Source of the DNA: an uncultured Methanosarcinales archaeon
Lineage (GTDB): Archaea > Nanobdellota > Nanobdellia > Woesearchaeales > GW2011-AR9
Reading direction: 5' to 3'
Length of the DNA stretch: 64,000 nucleotides
Assembly: GCA_964344235.1 (NCBI GenBank)
Contig: CAYFMJ010000001.1
Span: forward strand, 128,001 to 192,000
Under the pieces are notes generated by a model. It saw nothing but the letters and a program-made list of their open reading frames with translations, searched no databases and had not been told where the DNA came from. This document shows, piece by piece, positions 1-9,267 of this stretch (position 1 is its first letter; every line of letters begins with the position of its first letter). Position numbers and translations under genes: made by a program.

Positions 1-1276
1 CATTTGGGAGATCAAATAACGTGGGAGCAAATTTCTGGTAAAAAACAGGTTGAGGTTCTGCTAAATGAACCATGTCATGATTTCCAGGGCACATAATGAT
101 TTGTTTATCTTGCGGAATCTGTTTCATTAATCGGGCGAATTCCGCATATTGTTCTTTGATATCTGTAATGTCAAGTTCCTGTTCGTGAGAGGGGTAGATA
201 CCAACACCATCGACTAAGTCCCCAGCAATGATAATATATTTTGTTTTCCTCGCAATGTCACGTTGTTCTTCATTTCCTGCTTCTCCACGAACCCAACGGA
301 GGAAACGGTTAAAGTCGTCAGTGAGAAAATATCTTGAACCAACGTGAATATCGGAAAGGAAGATTGCATATTCTTCTTTGGGGCCTTTTTTCATTTCGTT
401 ATGACTAGGGATGTCTGGCCAGATGATATTGTCAGCAAAAATTATTTTATCTCCTGTTGTGCCAGAAACGCCAATCACTTCATCAACGACGAGATCTTTT
501 GCTAGAGGATACAGTTCACGATTGTTTTTTGAGACGAATACTTTGATTCTACCTGTAGGGTCTTCTATTGTTATCATAATATTGCCATTTCGTGTTTCAC
601 CAATCTCTTCGACTACCCCAATAACTGCTGCTGATTCACGTTCTTTTTTGTGAAGCACACGAGAAATACTGGCGGTTGATTGTAATTCACGATGATTACG
701 GAGAATGCTTTCCAAGAAGCGGTAGCGGGAAGTGAAAAAGTTTGTGAAGTCTCTGATAGTGTATTTATGTGGAATGTTTTCGTAGGATAGGATGACCGTT
801 ACTGCAGAGGTGGTTGAGAGTGAAGAGGAGAGAGAGGTGGTTTGTTGTAGCGCTTCAATATTTTTTTCAGGCTGAATAATCATGGCTTCTGTTTCGAAGG
901 AAGTTGCTGGCGTGTCTTCAGCAAGTGCTGTTTCAAGGCTTGAGATTTCTGTTGTCGGTTGTTGTATTTTTGAAGGGATTTTAAGAAGTAAGGATGATTT
1001 ACTTGTTTCTTGTAAATGGGATTGGTACAGTTCGTCATCTCGTTCTTTTTCTGCATCAACACGAAGTTTATCTGTTTCATACCAATCAATAAGTGTTCCT
1101 TGTTGATTAAGGATGACTGAGTAATCGGAGTTAAGGACGAGTAGGTCTGCTTCGGATTCAATTTTTTCGAAGAGAGATTCGTCAAAGTTATCAAGCATTT
1201 CTTGGTTTAACAAAATACCCTTCTCAAAGAGTTGTTCAATCAGTTCCTGTTTTTTCTTTGATAATTCTTCTGGCAT
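1..1276 (-). CDS. polB: DNA polymerase D small (proofreading) subunit DP1, 3' end runs off window
   Basis: Not in ORF track. Manual translation from ATG at 1276 (MPEELSKKKQELIEQLFEKG) stays open to the window edge. It contains calcineurin-like phosphoesterase motifs FLSDIHVGS, IAGDLVDGVGIYP and CPGNHD. Adjacent to cdc6, the usual archaeal arrangement. Confidence 0.93.
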   Translation of the reverse strand, partial: MPEELSKKKQELIEQLFEKGILLNQEMLDNFDESLFEKIESEADLLVLNSDYSVILNQQGTLIDWYETDKLRVDAEKERDDELYQSHLQETSKSSLLLKIPSKIQQPTTEISSLETALAEDTPATSFETEAMIIQPEKNIEALQQTTSLSSSLSTTSAVTVILSYENIPHKYTIRDFTNFFTSRYRFLESILRNHRELQSTASISRVLHKKERESAAVIGVVEEIGETRNGNIMITIEDPTGRIKVFVSKNNRELYPLAKDLVVDEVIGVSGTTGDKIIFADNIIWPDIPSHNEMKKGPKEEYAIFLSDIHVGSRYFLTDDFNRFLRWVRGEAGNEEQRDIARKTKYIIIAGDLVDGVGIYPSHEQELDITDIKEQYAEFARLMKQIPQDKQIIMCPGNHDMVHLAEPQPVFYQKFAPTLFDLPN

Positions 1277-1310
1277 TGTAGTTTTTGCAGTTTGTTAATT
1301 TGTTTTGGTT

Positions 1311-2513
1311 TTATGTGATCTGTAATGATTTTTCCAATAGTTCTCTCAGTTTTATAGTGAGGTTTTCTTCTAGAGGGCAGGTGATTTCTCGCGTTCTGCC
1401 ATAACGACCTTTGGAAATTATTTTGGCGTTAATGATACCGAGCATGTCAAGTTCCGCTAGAATGTCTGAGATCCGTCTCTGTGTAAGAACGTTGAAACTT
1501 GCTTTTTTACAAATAGAAGAGTACACATCATAAATTTCCCCCGTAAAAAAGCGACGTTTCTCGGGAGCGATAAGAAGTATTGAATAGAGAACTGTCTGAA
1601 ATTGTTTTGGTTGACCTAAAGCTGCGCTTACGATTTTATCTGACTCTACTTTTTGTTCGGCTTCGTCAAGATGTTGGATTTCAATATTCGAAGAACCTTT
1701 GCGCTCAGCTAATTCTCCGGCAACTCGAAGTAGATCTATCGAGCGACGAACATCACCATGTTCACGAGCGGCGTAGGCAGAGCATTTTTCGATGACTCCT
1801 ACTTGAATAACGCTCTCTTGAAACGCTATAGCAGACCGTTTACGGAGAATATCTTGAATTTGGAGTGCATTATATGGAGGGAAGATAACTTCTTCCTCTG
1901 ATAATGAAGATTTAACCCGAGGATCGAGGTTTTCTGCAAAAATGAGGTTGTTGGAAATCCCAATAAGACAAATTTGCGAGCGACGAAGCTCCGCGTTGAT
2001 TCTTGTTAAGTTATAGAGAATCTCATCCCCTATTTTTTTTGTTAGTTGATCGATTTCATCAAGTACAAGAAGAACAATTTGTTCTTGTTGATCAAGTAAT
2101 TGGTAGAATGTACTATAGACTTCATCAGTGGGTAAGCCTGTTGAGGGAACTTCTTTACCAAATTCTTTGATTAATTGGGCGAGTAAGCGGTATTCAGTAT
2201 CGGCAACCCTTTTTAATTTGCAGTTGAGGTAGATTGGTTTAAGAGGAACTCTATTTTTTTCTGCTATCTCTGCCATGGAAGTGAGAATATGTTTCATAGA
2301 AAGGGTTTTGCCCGTTCCTGTTTTGCCATAAATGAAAAGGTTAGAAGGGCGTTCCATCCTCAAAGCTGGAGCAAGAATATTCGCGACCTCCTGAATTTGT
2401 TCTTCTCGAAAAAGAACGTTATCAGGCATATAGGATGAAAGAAGAGCTGATTTATCGTTGAACAGAGAATCCTTTGCTAGAAAGTTTTCGAAAAAGTTAC
2501 CTATTTGTACCAT
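1311..2513 (-). CDS. cdc6: Orc1/Cdc6 replication initiator
   Basis: Walker A GKTGTGKT, Walker B VLDEID, sensor HGDVRRSIDLLR, C-terminal winged helix (ELDMLGIINAKIISKGRYGRTR). Confidence 0.97.
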   Translation of the reverse strand: MVQIGNFFENFLAKDSLFNDKSALLSSYMPDNVLFREEQIQEVANILAPALRMERPSNLFIYGKTGTGKTLSMKHILTSMAEIAEKNRVPLKPIYLNCKLKRVADTEYRLLAQLIKEFGKEVPSTGLPTDEVYSTFYQLLDQQEQIVLLVLDEIDQLTKKIGDEILYNLTRINAELRRSQICLIGISNNLIFAENLDPRVKSSLSEEEVIFPPYNALQIQDILRKRSAIAFQESVIQVGVIEKCSAYAAREHGDVRRSIDLLRVAGELAERKGSSNIEIQHLDEAEQKVESDKIVSAALGQPKQFQTVLYSILLIAPEKRRFFTGEIYDVYSSICKKASFNVLTQRRISDILAELDMLGIINAKIISKGRYGRTREITCPLEENLTIKLRELLEKSLQIT

Positions 2514-2559
2514 ATAATCCCCTCGTTTTTTGCTAAATGTGGTAAGCGAATACCAGGAA

Positions 2560-3081
2560 CCCCCTTATTTCCTGTGGAAACTTGTATTCTGCTTTTGTTT
2601 TGGGTAACAATTTTTCATGAATGATGTGTAGTGTTACCCAAATGAGTGTATTGGTGTTACCAAGACACCTTAATTTCTTATGGAAGTAGTTTAAATAGTT
2701 ATTGCTGGATTAATGAGTAGTAACTAATAGGTGTTCTTGAAAATATTTTTTAGGAAAATTGTTTTTGAGTTAACGGAATTTGTTGTTGTGTTGTTCTTTT
2801 TGCTTTATTTTTTATCATTTATTTGTTATTTTATTGTTATAATTATATATTATATTATTATTTTCAATATAGAAATAATATAATAATAATAGAGAGCAAA
2901 GTGCTTGAATGAAAATTGAATTTTGTTTTTTGTTGTTGTAGTTGAGTTTCCATGTGAAATTATTTCATTTATTATTATTATTGTTTAAGGTATGTAATAG
3001 TAGTAGTAGGGACGTGTATTATGCAACAAACAAACAGTCTGATTTTTTTCAAAATTACATTTTCCATAAGAAATGAAGGGG
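2560..3081. other. Probable replication origin (oriC): four ORB-like boxes flanking an AT-rich unwinding element
   Basis: Minus strand GTTTCCACAGGAAATAAGGGGG (2560-2581) and TTCCATAAGAAATTAAGG (about 2668-2685). Plus strand GTTTCCATGTGAAAT (2946-2960) and TTTCCATAAGAAATGAAGGGG (3061-3081). A nearly pure A/T tract lies at about 2800-2890. Immediately upstream of cdc6. Confidence 0.8.
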
Positions 3082-3202
3082 TGCTGCTTACTACACTAGC
3101 GTTTTCTACGACTATTTCTCTTTGTAGTGTAGGCAGACGGACTTTTTCTACTGAGTTTAGTATATAAAAACATTTAAATAGTTTTAAGAGGGTATTTCCA
3201 GC

Positions 3203-4063
3203 ATGGTTCTTGAATCATTATTTAATCCATTTACTGTTAAGAAACGCCCACTCCATATGTTTGGAGCTGGTTTTCTGTATGCAGTTGTTGCATTATTTCT
3301 TTCATACTTTGTGTTTAGAGAAGGTGCAGGGCTATTAATGGTGTTTCTGATAGTGATGGCGACATTGCCAACGTTGTATCAAACTATTAAGAATGAAGAG
3401 GAGTTAGATTTACAACTTGAGGGGGAATGGAGATTGTTAAAGGAGCATACGAAAGTACTTGTGTTTTTTATGTTTCTGTTTTTAGGAATTACTGCAGCAT
3501 TAGCGATGGCGTATGTGTTCCTACCACAGGGAATGATTGATGGAGTGTTTCATTTACAACAGGAAGCAATTGTTAGTGTGAATCAGCAAGTACAGGGGGT
3601 AGCAGAAGTTACAGGGGATATTACAAAGTTTGGTTTATTTGGGAAAATTTTTTTGAATAACATTAAAGTTCTCTTTTTCTGTTTGATTTTTTCGTTTTTG
3701 TATGGAACAGGCGCGATATTTATCTTAACGTGGAATGCTTCAGTGATAGCGGCAGCAATGGGGAATGTTGTAAAAGCAAAGATTGGGGCAGCGGGAGCGA
3801 TGGTTGGTTTTGGCGGTATTGCGACATATTTTAGTGCAGCTGCGTTTAGTTTCTTTCGGTATATGACGCATGGTTTGTTGGAGATTGCAGCGTATTTTGT
3901 CGCTGGTTTAGCAGGGGGAATTATTTCTATAGCGTTGATTAAACATAACTTGAAAGAGGAGAAAGTGTTAGTTGATGCAGTTGATTTAGTGTTAATAAGC
4001 TTGGGTTTACTTGTAGTAGCGGGAGTTGTAGAAGTCTATGTTACTCCTCTGTTGTTTGCTTAG
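3203..4063 (+). CDS. SpoIIM / DUF95-family integral membrane protein
   Basis: Multiple TM helices; motifs IFLNNIKV, ILTWNASVI and HGLLEIAAY are typical of the SpoIIM family. Confidence 0.8.
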   Translation: MVLESLFNPFTVKKRPLHMFGAGFLYAVVALFLSYFVFREGAGLLMVFLIVMATLPTLYQTIKNEEELDLQLEGEWRLLKEHTKVLVFFMFLFLGITAALAMAYVFLPQGMIDGVFHLQQEAIVSVNQQVQGVAEVTGDITKFGLFGKIFLNNIKVLFFCLIFSFLYGTGAIFILTWNASVIAAAMGNVVKAKIGAAGAMVGFGGIATYFSAAAFSFFRYMTHGLLEIAAYFVAGLAGGIISIALIKHNLKEEKVLVDAVDLVLISLGLLVVAGVVEVYVTPLLFA

Positions 4064-4746
4064 AGAACTTTGACTTTACCAGGTTGGTTTTGGAAGATGT
4101 CTCCTTTCTCTAACATTTTTTCAAGCATCTTTTCTGTATCTGGCACTGTAGATTCAGCAATAACGGTTTCTATTAACACTCCCTCTCCTTCGTCGAGCGT
4201 TTCAATAAGTTTTGCAATTTTTTCAAATGGCGGAATGTTTTCCGCTGGTTCTTGAATAATCTCTACGGAGGGTGTTGGTTTGGGAGTTTGTTGGGAAGGT
4301 TCCTCTGCTGTTTCTTTAGGAGGTTCTGTTACTTGTGTTGTTTGCTGTGTTGGCATTGTTTTTTGTAATTCCAATGAACGTAACTTTAACCATAAAGGAT
4401 CAAGTTTTTTGATAATTTCTGGAGAAAGGTACTTTTCTTCGTTATATACTCTTACTTTCCCAACAGCAAGTACGATGCTTCCAACAGTAAGGGCATCAAA
4501 GTGTTTGTTTTCCTCAAAAGAACGCGCAGTAAGAGTCGAGGTTCCGTCATCTAGAAGGAATGTTGTTATGGTTCCTGCTTTTTCTTTCTGGACAATTGTT
4601 GCAATAATATTAACACGGTATAATTTTTCACTGGTTTCTGTTAAAAGGTAATTATGTTCTTCCGCTTCCTGGACAAACGTTCCTGCCGTAATGTTCCGAA
4701 TAGTTGTTTTACATGCAACGTGCCTTCTATATTTTGTTGTTTCCAT
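4060..4746 (-). CDS. RPA2 (RPA32)-like OB-fold ssDNA-binding subunit with C-terminal winged helix
   Basis: OB-fold signature RVNIIATIV...LLDDGTSTLTARSF, Pro/Thr/Glu linker, C-terminal wH ending GDIFQNQPGKVKVL. Coupled to mcm. Confidence 0.75.
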   Translation of the reverse strand: METTKYRRHVACKTTIRNITAGTFVQEAEEHNYLLTETSEKLYRVNIIATIVQKEKAGTITTFLLDDGTSTLTARSFEENKHFDALTVGSIVLAVGKVRVYNEEKYLSPEIIKKLDPLWLKLRSLELQKTMPTQQTTQVTEPPKETAEEPSQQTPKPTPSVEIIQEPAENIPPFEKIAKLIETLDEGEGVLIETVIAESTVPDTEKMLEKMLEKGDIFQNQPGKVKVL

Positions 4747-6767
4747 TATAACCGCTGGATAAAGCCCCTCTTTGGTTCGAAGATGTCACCGGAGCGCCGA
4801 AGTTTTTCAAGCAATTCTTCAACTTTATCTTGTGGGATGTTTTTTTCTTGCGCTGCTTCGATGATGTTTTCAACAGGAATAATTTTACTGGATAATTGCT
4901 CTTCCATCGCACTAATAATTTCTTTAATAGAACTAATACCTCCTCGTTGCGTAGCAGTGATTCTGCTGCTTAGTCTATCGATATCAATTTGTCCAGTTTC
5001 GGAATCTTTGGCAATTTGATTTAAACAATAGTCAACAAGCTCAATGGCTTTCTGTGCATCAACTTTTGTTACTTTTTGTGCCAAGCGAATTTTGGCAGCA
5101 GCTTCAGCTAGTCTAACGAGCCCTTCCAATTGACGGGCGGTAATAGGAATACTTTTGACTCCACTTTCATCTGAAATTCCAGAGTTACGCATTTTAACAT
5201 AGTATTCTTTAATCTCTTCGATTGCTTCGTCAGTAATTTGTGGTTGAATTCTCTGACGAACATAGGAAAAATATTTTCGTAGTAGCTCCGTTGGAATTTC
5301 AGACATACCTTTCTCAGGGTTTTTGTGTAGGCCAAGAATAAACGAAGCGGTTCGTTCATCTTTTTCCCGACTCGGCATGTCTTTTACTGGAAAAATGAGG
5401 TCAAACCGGTTAATTAATGTTGGAGGAAGGTTAATTTGGTTGGCAATTAAGTCGTAGGGGTCAAACCGGCCAAACTTTGGATTTGCTGCAGCAATAACAG
5501 TGGTTTCACAGCGTAAAGTTGCTTGGATATTTGCTTTAGAAACGCTCACGGTTTGCTGCTCTAATGCTTCGTGTAGGGCGGAACGATCCTCTTTGGTCAT
5601 TTTATCCATCTCATCAATAACTGCAAAGCCTTTATTTGCTAATACTAATGTTCCTGCTTCTAAACTCCAGCCACCAAGGAATTCATCTTTGACGACACTT
5701 GCTGTTAGACCGGCAGCAGTTGCGCCTTTTCCTGAAGTGAACCTCGCTTTTGGAGCAACTTTTGTGATTCGTTTAAGAAGTTGTGATTTCCCTGAACCAG
5801 GATCTCCGATCAGAAGTACGTGCATATCCCCTCTTGTAATGACACCATCAGGACGGACTTTCCGACAACCACCTGCTAGTTGTAAAACAAGCGCTTCTTT
5901 GATTTTATCGTGCCCATAAATGGAAGGGGCGATGCTGGAAGAGATCATGTTAAGTGGATTTTCACCGGCAGCAATTTCTTTGATTTGTTCCAAGTCTTTG
6001 TCAGAAATTTTCATATCAACGGAATCATCTTGCACTGGTTCAACGAAATTAGATTCCAAGATTAAATCGTATTTTGTTGCTTTCCCTCCAGAACGGAGAG
6101 TGATGGGAACTTCAGTTACCCAGCCGGAAAGAATAACTCTCGACCCAGGACTTGATTTCCGTTCTGAAATTGGAGACACAAGATCATCTTTAAGGAAGAC
6201 GTTGATCCGTTTAGGTTGTGCTCCGTCTAACTCATCCGGTGCTTCTTCTAGCACTAAACCTTGGCCGTCAACAAGTTCTTTTGAAATTTCTTTGAACTTT
6301 CCTTTTCTACCGCAGCCACATCGTGTTGGTTCTTTGTATTTCTGATCTAACTGCAGGACGTTAAGAATATTACCGCAGGAAGGGCATTCAAACTTGGCAG
6401 CGGTTACATGGGGCCGTACATTAGATTTTTGCCGGACAATGCCTTCCATCCAGACAAATTTTTCAAGATGTTTACTTCGCACCTCGCTAATCAAAATTTT
6501 CTGTGACTCTGGCAGGTTTTTGAGCCTGACTGTGAATTTAGTGATTTTTTTTGGAAGGTCAAATTCTTTGACTGCTATCTCTGCTGCTTTAAGAAGTTCT
6601 TGTGGGGCTTCCAGGAGTTCGTCTGTGATGTCGGGGTTGAATTTAAGAAGTTCTGCAAAGTCTAATACTAAATATGTTTGGCCTTTACGAACTGCTTCAA
6701 GAAGTTGTGGATGATAATTTTGTTCGATAAATTCTCTAAATACTTTAATTTGTTCGTCGACGTCCAC
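4746..6767 (-). CDS. mcm: MCM replicative helicase
   Basis: Zn motif CPSC...CGC, Walker A GDPGSGKSQ, IDEMDKM, arginine finger NRFD, ITARQLE. Confidence 0.98.
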   Translation of the reverse strand: MDVDEQIKVFREFIEQNYHPQLLEAVRKGQTYLVLDFAELLKFNPDITDELLEAPQELLKAAEIAVKEFDLPKKITKFTVRLKNLPESQKILISEVRSKHLEKFVWMEGIVRQKSNVRPHVTAAKFECPSCGNILNVLQLDQKYKEPTRCGCGRKGKFKEISKELVDGQGLVLEEAPDELDGAQPKRINVFLKDDLVSPISERKSSPGSRVILSGWVTEVPITLRSGGKATKYDLILESNFVEPVQDDSVDMKISDKDLEQIKEIAAGENPLNMISSSIAPSIYGHDKIKEALVLQLAGGCRKVRPDGVITRGDMHVLLIGDPGSGKSQLLKRITKVAPKARFTSGKGATAAGLTASVVKDEFLGGWSLEAGTLVLANKGFAVIDEMDKMTKEDRSALHEALEQQTVSVSKANIQATLRCETTVIAAANPKFGRFDPYDLIANQINLPPTLINRFDLIFPVKDMPSREKDERTASFILGLHKNPEKGMSEIPTELLRKYFSYVRQRIQPQITDEAIEEIKEYYVKMRNSGISDESGVKSIPITARQLEGLVRLAEAAAKIRLAQKVTKVDAQKAIELVDYCLNQIAKDSETGQIDIDRLSSRITATQRGGISSIKEIISAMEEQLSSKIIPVENIIEAAQEKNIPQDKVEELLEKLRRSGDIFEPKRGFIQRL

Positions 6768-6880
6768 GTAAACCCCCCTTACTTTTGTTGTATTCTACCA
6801 AAAAATAGATTATTTAAAGATTTAGGTGGTATTTCAGAAGGGTTTTTATTGGAAAAAATAAGAATGAAAAAATAAGAAAT

Positions 6881-7438
6881 CTATTTGTTAAGAACTTTCT
6901 TGAGGTTTTCGATTAATTGATCAGTTGCTTCGTGCACCGCTTCCTCAGTCTTTGTTCCAGTACAGACGATTTTTCCATTACTGAATAAGAGGAATGTTGC
7001 GTTTGTTCCCCGTAACTTGTGTACTAAACCAGGGAATTGTTCTGGTTCGTATTCCGTGTTTGGTAGCTTTAAACCAAGCACGTTTAAGTTAAGATCCATA
7101 CCAATACTACCGGACGCTACAATGTTTTGCACAGTGATTTCTGGTTTAATAGTTACAGTGATGTCTAATTTTTTAAGACTTCGAATGATACTCTGGATAC
7201 TTCTATCGACATCAGCTAGGGTTCTTGCTCCTGTACAGACAACTTTTCCGCTGGAGAAGATTAATGCAGACGTTTTTGGGTCTTTAATTCGTAGTACAAG
7301 CCCAGGAAATTGTTCTGGGTTGTATTCTGTGTTGGGCAGCGTTGCCGCCATTTTTTCTAATGGAATATCTTTTTCTAGTCCTGTGGATACTACGATGTTT
7401 ACAATACGAATATTTTTCTTTGCAGCTTTCTTTGCCAT
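6881..7438 (-). CDS. tbp: TATA-box binding protein
   Basis: Two direct repeats each with EY(N/E)PEQFPGLV and FS(S/N)GK(V/I)VCTG. Confidence 0.98.
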   Translation of the reverse strand: MAKKAAKKNIRIVNIVVSTGLEKDIPLEKMAATLPNTEYNPEQFPGLVLRIKDPKTSALIFSSGKVVCTGARTLADVDRSIQSIIRSLKKLDITVTIKPEITVQNIVASGSIGMDLNLNVLGLKLPNTEYEPEQFPGLVHKLRGTNATFLLFSNGKIVCTGTKTEEAVHEATDQLIENLKKVLNK

Positions 7439-7564
7439 AATACATTCCCCCTATACCCTCTAATTTTGTTTATAAATGAACGCTGCTTTTTAAATGTTGC
7501 CTTTATAAATCGATGATTTGGGTTTGTGAGAATCTTTTTAAAGTAGGTGTAGAAGAAGTATAGG

Positions 7565-8338
7565 ATGGAGTATACACATTTATTGCTACGATATGGAGAG
7601 ATTTTTCTAAAAGGAAAGAATCGGAAAATCTTTGAGAAGCGGTTAGCGAAGAATATTAATTCTATTACTGCCCATAGGCCAAAGGCAATGCGTTCTAGGA
7701 TGTTTATGGAATATTTTGAAGAACATGAGGCGCTGAAGAGAGTATTTGGATTATTATCCTATTCCCCTGCGGTATTGGTGGAAAAAGCTGTCGAAGTTAT
7801 TAAGAAAGAGGTGTTGAGATTTTTGAAGAATACTGGTGGAAAAACGTTTAAGATTGAGACAAAACGATCTGATAAGTCTTTTCCGATACAATCTCCCGAT
7901 TTTAATAGGCAAGTAGGGAAGTATGTTGAGAAGAATAGTCCTTTGACGTTTGATTTTTCTAAGTCCGATGTGGTTTTACAGATTGAAATTAATCAAGAAG
8001 GCGCGTTTTTGTTTTCTGAGGTTGTTGATTGTGTAGGTGGCTTGCCAACGGGCGTTGAAGGGAGTGCTGGATTGTTGGTTTCAGATGAGAATTCTATATT
8101 GGCAGGGTTATTGATGATGAAACGAGGGGTTTCAGTGTTTCCCTTTGGTACAGGAGATATTTCGCTGTTGCAGCAGTATAGTCCTGATGCGTTAACGTTG
8201 CGGGAAGAGAATGTCTGTGATGTTATGGTAGTTGGGGATTTATTTGGTTCTGGGAACTCGTATGAAGGAGTTGTATTGAAACCGTTAGTTGGGTATTCTA
8301 AGAAAGGAGTGAGGGAAGAGTTGAAGAAGTATAGTTAG
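7565..8338 (+). CDS. ThiI-like THUMP-domain protein with degenerate PP-loop
   Basis: N-terminal LLLRYGEIFLKGKNR, THUMP region (FKIETKRSDKSFP), GGLPTG and LMMKRG as in ThiI, but SGGIDS is replaced by VSDENS and the C-terminus is short. Confidence 0.8.
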   Translation: MEYTHLLLRYGEIFLKGKNRKIFEKRLAKNINSITAHRPKAMRSRMFMEYFEEHEALKRVFGLLSYSPAVLVEKAVEVIKKEVLRFLKNTGGKTFKIETKRSDKSFPIQSPDFNRQVGKYVEKNSPLTFDFSKSDVVLQIEINQEGAFLFSEVVDCVGGLPTGVEGSAGLLVSDENSILAGLLMMKRGVSVFPFGTGDISLLQQYSPDALTLREENVCDVMVVGDLFGSGNSYEGVVLKPLVGYSKKGVREELKKYS

Positions 8339-9267
8339 TTGCCTACGTATTTTGAGTAGATAGAAAGTGCTTCTTCTTTTGAATCTGCTTTTATGAGTGC
8401 ACGACCGTCTTTGAAGAGAGTGATATTTTTGAAGTGAAGTGCAATTGAGCCGTGTTGCACGTTGTCGATTTTTTCTAAGCGTTGTTTTACTTTTTCTAGG
8501 TTGATTGGTTTTCCTAACACTTGAAACCTGCCCGCACTACAGAAGCGTGTTACTCGCTGTTCAGGTTGTTCAAGATATTTGAAATCGTGTTCTTTCATTT
8601 TGTTAATTGTTAATTTTTTAATGGAAATGTTTTTTGTATCAACATAATGTAATGTTGGTTCAACTGTTTGTTCTGTGATTATTCTAATTGCAAATTCAGT
8701 TTGTAATGAAGCAATTATGGTAGTGATTGTGTTTAATACGCCAACGGTATCACAGGTATCTAAACCAGGCGTTTCTGTGATGAAATCTCTTATTGAAATT
8801 GTATTGGGAATGATGGGGAGAACGTAGCCAGATGTTTTGATAGCAGCGGCATAAATCCAAGGTTTGTTCTTTTTCCGAGAGTAATCGTCAATTAAGAACT
8901 TCGTTTGTAAGTTATCTGTACAATCGAGGATAAGGTTGTAGTTGTCTAGTACAGAAATATTTTGATTGTTAAGATGAAGGGTTTCTGACGTTATTTTTAT
9001 GGTTGAATTAATTGCTTGTAATGTTTGTTTTGCGACGTGTGCTTTACTTTTGTTGATGTCGGCTTCGGTGAATACTGTTTGTCGTTGGAGGTTAGATTCT
9101 TCTACCAAGTCTCTATCAATGAGGAGAAGTGTACCAACACCTGCGCGTGCCAATAAGTCTGCACAAACAGTACCAAGAGCGCCAACGCCTATAATGGCTA
9201 CTTTAGCGTTGTTTATCTTTTGTTGGTTTTCTTTTCCCAGTACTAATTCTTGTCGTGCGTATCTCAT
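8335..9267 (-). CDS. ThiF/MoeB/UbaA E1-like adenylyltransferase
   Basis: RYARQ, GVGALG, DRD.VEESNLQRQ, DCTDN and catalytic-type TCDTVGV. Start moved to ATG 9267 (ATGA overlap with the upstream stop). Confidence 0.92.
   Translation of the reverse strand: MRYARQELVLGKENQQKINNAKVAIIGVGALGTVCADLLARAGVGTLLLIDRDLVEESNLQRQTVFTEADINKSKAHVAKQTLQAINSTIKITSETLHLNNQNISVLDNYNLILDCTDNLQTKFLIDDYSRKKNKPWIYAAAIKTSGYVLPIIPNTISIRDFITETPGLDTCDTVGVLNTITTIIASLQTEFAIRIITEQTVEPTLHYVDTKNISIKKLTINKMKEHDFKYLEQPEQRVTRFCSAGRFQVLGKPINLEKVKQRLEKIDNVQHGSIALHFKNITLFKDGRALIKADSKEEALSIYSKYVGN

Noticed and set aside
411-1194. ORF-track entries 411-653, 880-1194 and 882-1106
   Set aside because: Shadows of the DP1 gene, which the track missed because it runs off the window edge.
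1-3200. GC-skew switch at the candidate origin
   Set aside because: By eye, the 2.5 kb left of the gap does not show a clear reversal; there is too little sequence to judge without computation.
4070-6875. Plus-strand ORFs of 60-141 aa opposite RPA2-like and mcm, and similar antisense or alternate-frame ORFs throughout the window
   Set aside because: They fully overlap well-supported genes, are Ser-rich or motif-free, and are typical antisense shadows.
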